Shown here one piece after another: positions 61,762-64,000 of a DNA stretch of 64,000 bases; position 1 is the stretch's first letter, and every line of letters begins with the position of its first letter. Both the position numbers and the translations under genes were made by a program. The DNA is from Octopus sinensis. Lineage: Eukaryota. The notes beneath the pieces were generated by a model, which did no database searches, was not told the origin of the DNA, and saw only the letters and a list, made by a program, of their open reading frames with translations. The DNA is taken from positions 13,516,001 through 13,580,000 of the forward strand of contig NC_043014.1 of assembly GCF_006345805.1 (NCBI RefSeq). The letters are read 5' to 3'.

Positions 61762-62087
61762 AGTAGTTGTATACTGTCAACTTAATGTGACAGTCCCATG
61801 AAGGGAATCACACCACTGCTATTTAGCCCTAGGAAGCATCAACGCTTCCTGTTGGCCTTGACGCATTTCCTGTGTCCTTATGTTTACAAGGGGGAGACAA
61901 GCACCCCCACCCAGCTAAGCCTGCATCCAGAGACTAGTTTCTGAGTTTTGCTCGTCATCAGTCTGGAGTAGCATGGCCTGCTAGCTGGAGATGCTTATCT
62001 AGGCCTTGTAAACATAGAGTAGTTGTATACTGTCAATTTAATGTGACAGTCCCATGAAGGGAATCACACCACTACTATTTAGCCCTA
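61762..62087 (-). mobile_element. Partial tandem (256-bp unit plus 70 bp) of a hammerhead-containing repeat (retrozyme or Penelope pLTR-like)
   Basis: agtagttgtatactgtcaa...agcccta occurs at 61762 and again at 62018. Hammerhead-like motif inside. Confidence 0.7.
61927..61966 (-). ncRNA. Minimal type-I hammerhead ribozyme-like motif
   Basis: CCAGA CTGATGA C-GAG-CAAAA-CTC-A GAAAC TA GTC TCTGG: stem I, CUGAUGA core, stem II, GAAA, palindromic minimal stem III and a GUC triplet. Confidence 0.65.
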
Positions 62088-63495
62088 TCGAACTACTACA
62101 GCTTATATTTCTCCGAGATATTTAGAAATGTAATATTTCTATGTTTTATTATAATTGAACATAAAGAAGCACACACAAATTTTATGTATGGTGTGTATAA
62201 TTCTTTTTTTTTTGTTTTTTATTCTCTTCATATCTCTCCATATTGCAGATCATTCCCTTACATTTTAGGACCTGCAGTCTTTGTTTTTAATTGTTACCCA
62301 GCTCAAGCTTTCATTCTTTTCAGTTCTCTGCCTGCATGAATTTTATTTTGGTTGTAGTATCCCTTACTAACCATTTCATCTTAATAACAATAATCCATTA
62401 TCTGTCATTATTCAGAGAACTTTAATAATCAATCACTTCTAATGCTGGAAATATTTAAAGAACCACACAAGAAATATATGTGAATATCAATTTCAGAATC
62501 AAAAATTTTTTGAAGTGTTGTTTCATTATTCAATTTTAATTCTAAATATAATGCTCTCATGTTCAGTTGAAATAATTAGTTGAAATAACCAACTATTAAA
62601 ATCAAGGTGGAAATTATTTTTTATATCCTGTTATTGCAGAGAGAATAGTTTGGGGGTAAAACCTAGATTTAAATATATGGTGGTTTTTGTGGCTGAGTGG
62701 TTTACACCACAGTTCAGCTTTGATCCCTACTAAAGGTAGCCTTTTGAAAACAGCAAGAAGACCCCTAGGAGTCTTTAGAGGATCAGAAGCTAACAAGCTG
62801 AAACACTTGCTTCATGGGAGTTCTTCTGTAGATTCCTCCTGTCTGTTCACCCTATGGCAAGTTTCCACTTATTCCTCACTAGCAGTATCACCCGCCGTTG
62901 CTCGGGTTTGTTTCGACACTTTAGAATTGGAATTTTTGAAAAGCAAAAATTTTGCATCATGTAGCTTGTTTTTCTCTTTCAGTGAACATTTTGATGTAAA
63001 AAGTTTTTGGTCTTAACATGGTCTGATTTAATTTTTTTCTTCTACGGAATGAAGAGCAAGCCTTCTTCTATCATACTCTCAATGTTGGTCAACTTGCGCT
63101 GCAGGGTCTCGGAGGAGATAGTGTTAGTTGAAGGCTACCAAACCTGCCATACACAGACAACTTCAGCTTTATATATAAAGATTAGTTGACTGTGTAATTC
63201 TCTCTCTCTCTTACTTTCTTTTTGCAGGAAGTACACTTATCTAACTTCTATATCACGTGTGATGAAAGTGGTTCTAAGTGGGACTTAGGGTTTTATTGCT
63301 GTTTCTTCCCAACTAATATACTCATTAGTTTATTGTGTTATTTGTCCCCTCTTTCTCTCCATTTGTTGCTGTCTGTCTCTCAGTCCAGTCATTATGTCAA
63401 ATCTGATCTTTACTTTTGTTTTTGATATCAGTTGTCGAAGAGTCTACTTCCCTGTAAATGATATAACCCTTAGTCATGTCCTTTCGTCAAATGCT

Positions 63496-63891
63496 TACTC
63501 TCTTACTTGTTCCAGTCATTTGACTGCGGCCATGCTGGAACACCGCCTTTAGTTGAGCAAATCGACCCCGGGACTTATTCTTTGTAAGCCTAGTACTTAT
63601 TCTATCAGTTTCTTTTGCCGAACTGCTAAGTCACGGGGACATAAACACACCAGCATTGGTCATCAAGCGATGTTAGTGGGGACAAACACAGACACACAAA
63701 CACACACATATATATGCATATAAATATATACGACGGGCTTCTTTCAGTTTCCCTCTACCAGATCCACTCAAGGCTTTGGTTGGCCTGAGACTATAGTAGA
63801 AGACACCTGCCCAAGGTGCCACACAGTGGGACTGAACCCAGAACCATGTGGTTGGTAAGCAAGCTACTTATCACACAGCCATTCCTGTGCC
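63496..63891 (-). mobile_element. SINE family A copy
   Basis: Full-length reverse complement of the 6243 copy. Confidence 0.85.
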
Positions 63892-64000
63892 TAGTTTAAA
63901 AAATTTTTTTAAATTTTTTCCCTGGCATTGATTACTTCCTTCAGCAGGATGTAAACTTTCAATGACTCATCCTGCAAATTCACTTTCTCTTCCTGGTTTC

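Noticed and set aside
62687-63016. 109-aa ORF starting WLSGL, as a possible Drp1 insert-B exon
   Set aside because: No phase-compatible acceptor relative to the upstream phase-0 exons, and no recognisable Drp1 or GED motif.
63228-63425. Strong pyrimidine-rich acceptor (ctttttgcag) followed by an open frame
   Set aside because: No homology to Drp1 C-terminal exons and no clear donor. It cannot be supported without transcripts.

Overview
AT-rich animal genomic DNA, very probably an octopus or close coleoid cephalopod. That assignment is inferred from SINE families resembling those I recall from Octopus genomes, dense (TA)n/(CA)n microsatellites and large introns; it is not proven. The only host gene I can support is the middle part of a dynamin-1-like protein gene (DNM1L/Drp1) on the + strand. 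Five clear GT-AG exons lie at 1318-1409, 4994-5114, 21554-21700, 25928-26020 and 29250-29441, with a probable variable-domain (insert B) exon at 35242-35364. The GTPase and GED exons were not found and presumably lie outside the window. Everything else is intron packed with transposable elements: several tRNA-derived SINE families, RTE LINE pieces (one with a PHD finger in ORF2 and a VNTR in the 3'UTR), CR1 and R4-like LINE relics, a Penelope-like element, Tc1/mariner, piggyBac, hAT and Mutator-like DNA elements, Helitrons, and several fold-back palindromes. The most interesting unannotated signal is a set of minimal hammerhead-ribozyme-like motifs. The best one (61927-61966, minus strand) sits in a 256-bp partially tandem unit that looks like a retrozyme or Penelope pseudo-LTR, and the same family forms a fold-back at about 6.9 kb. 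Most ORFs in the supplied track are artefacts of microsatellites and repeats.
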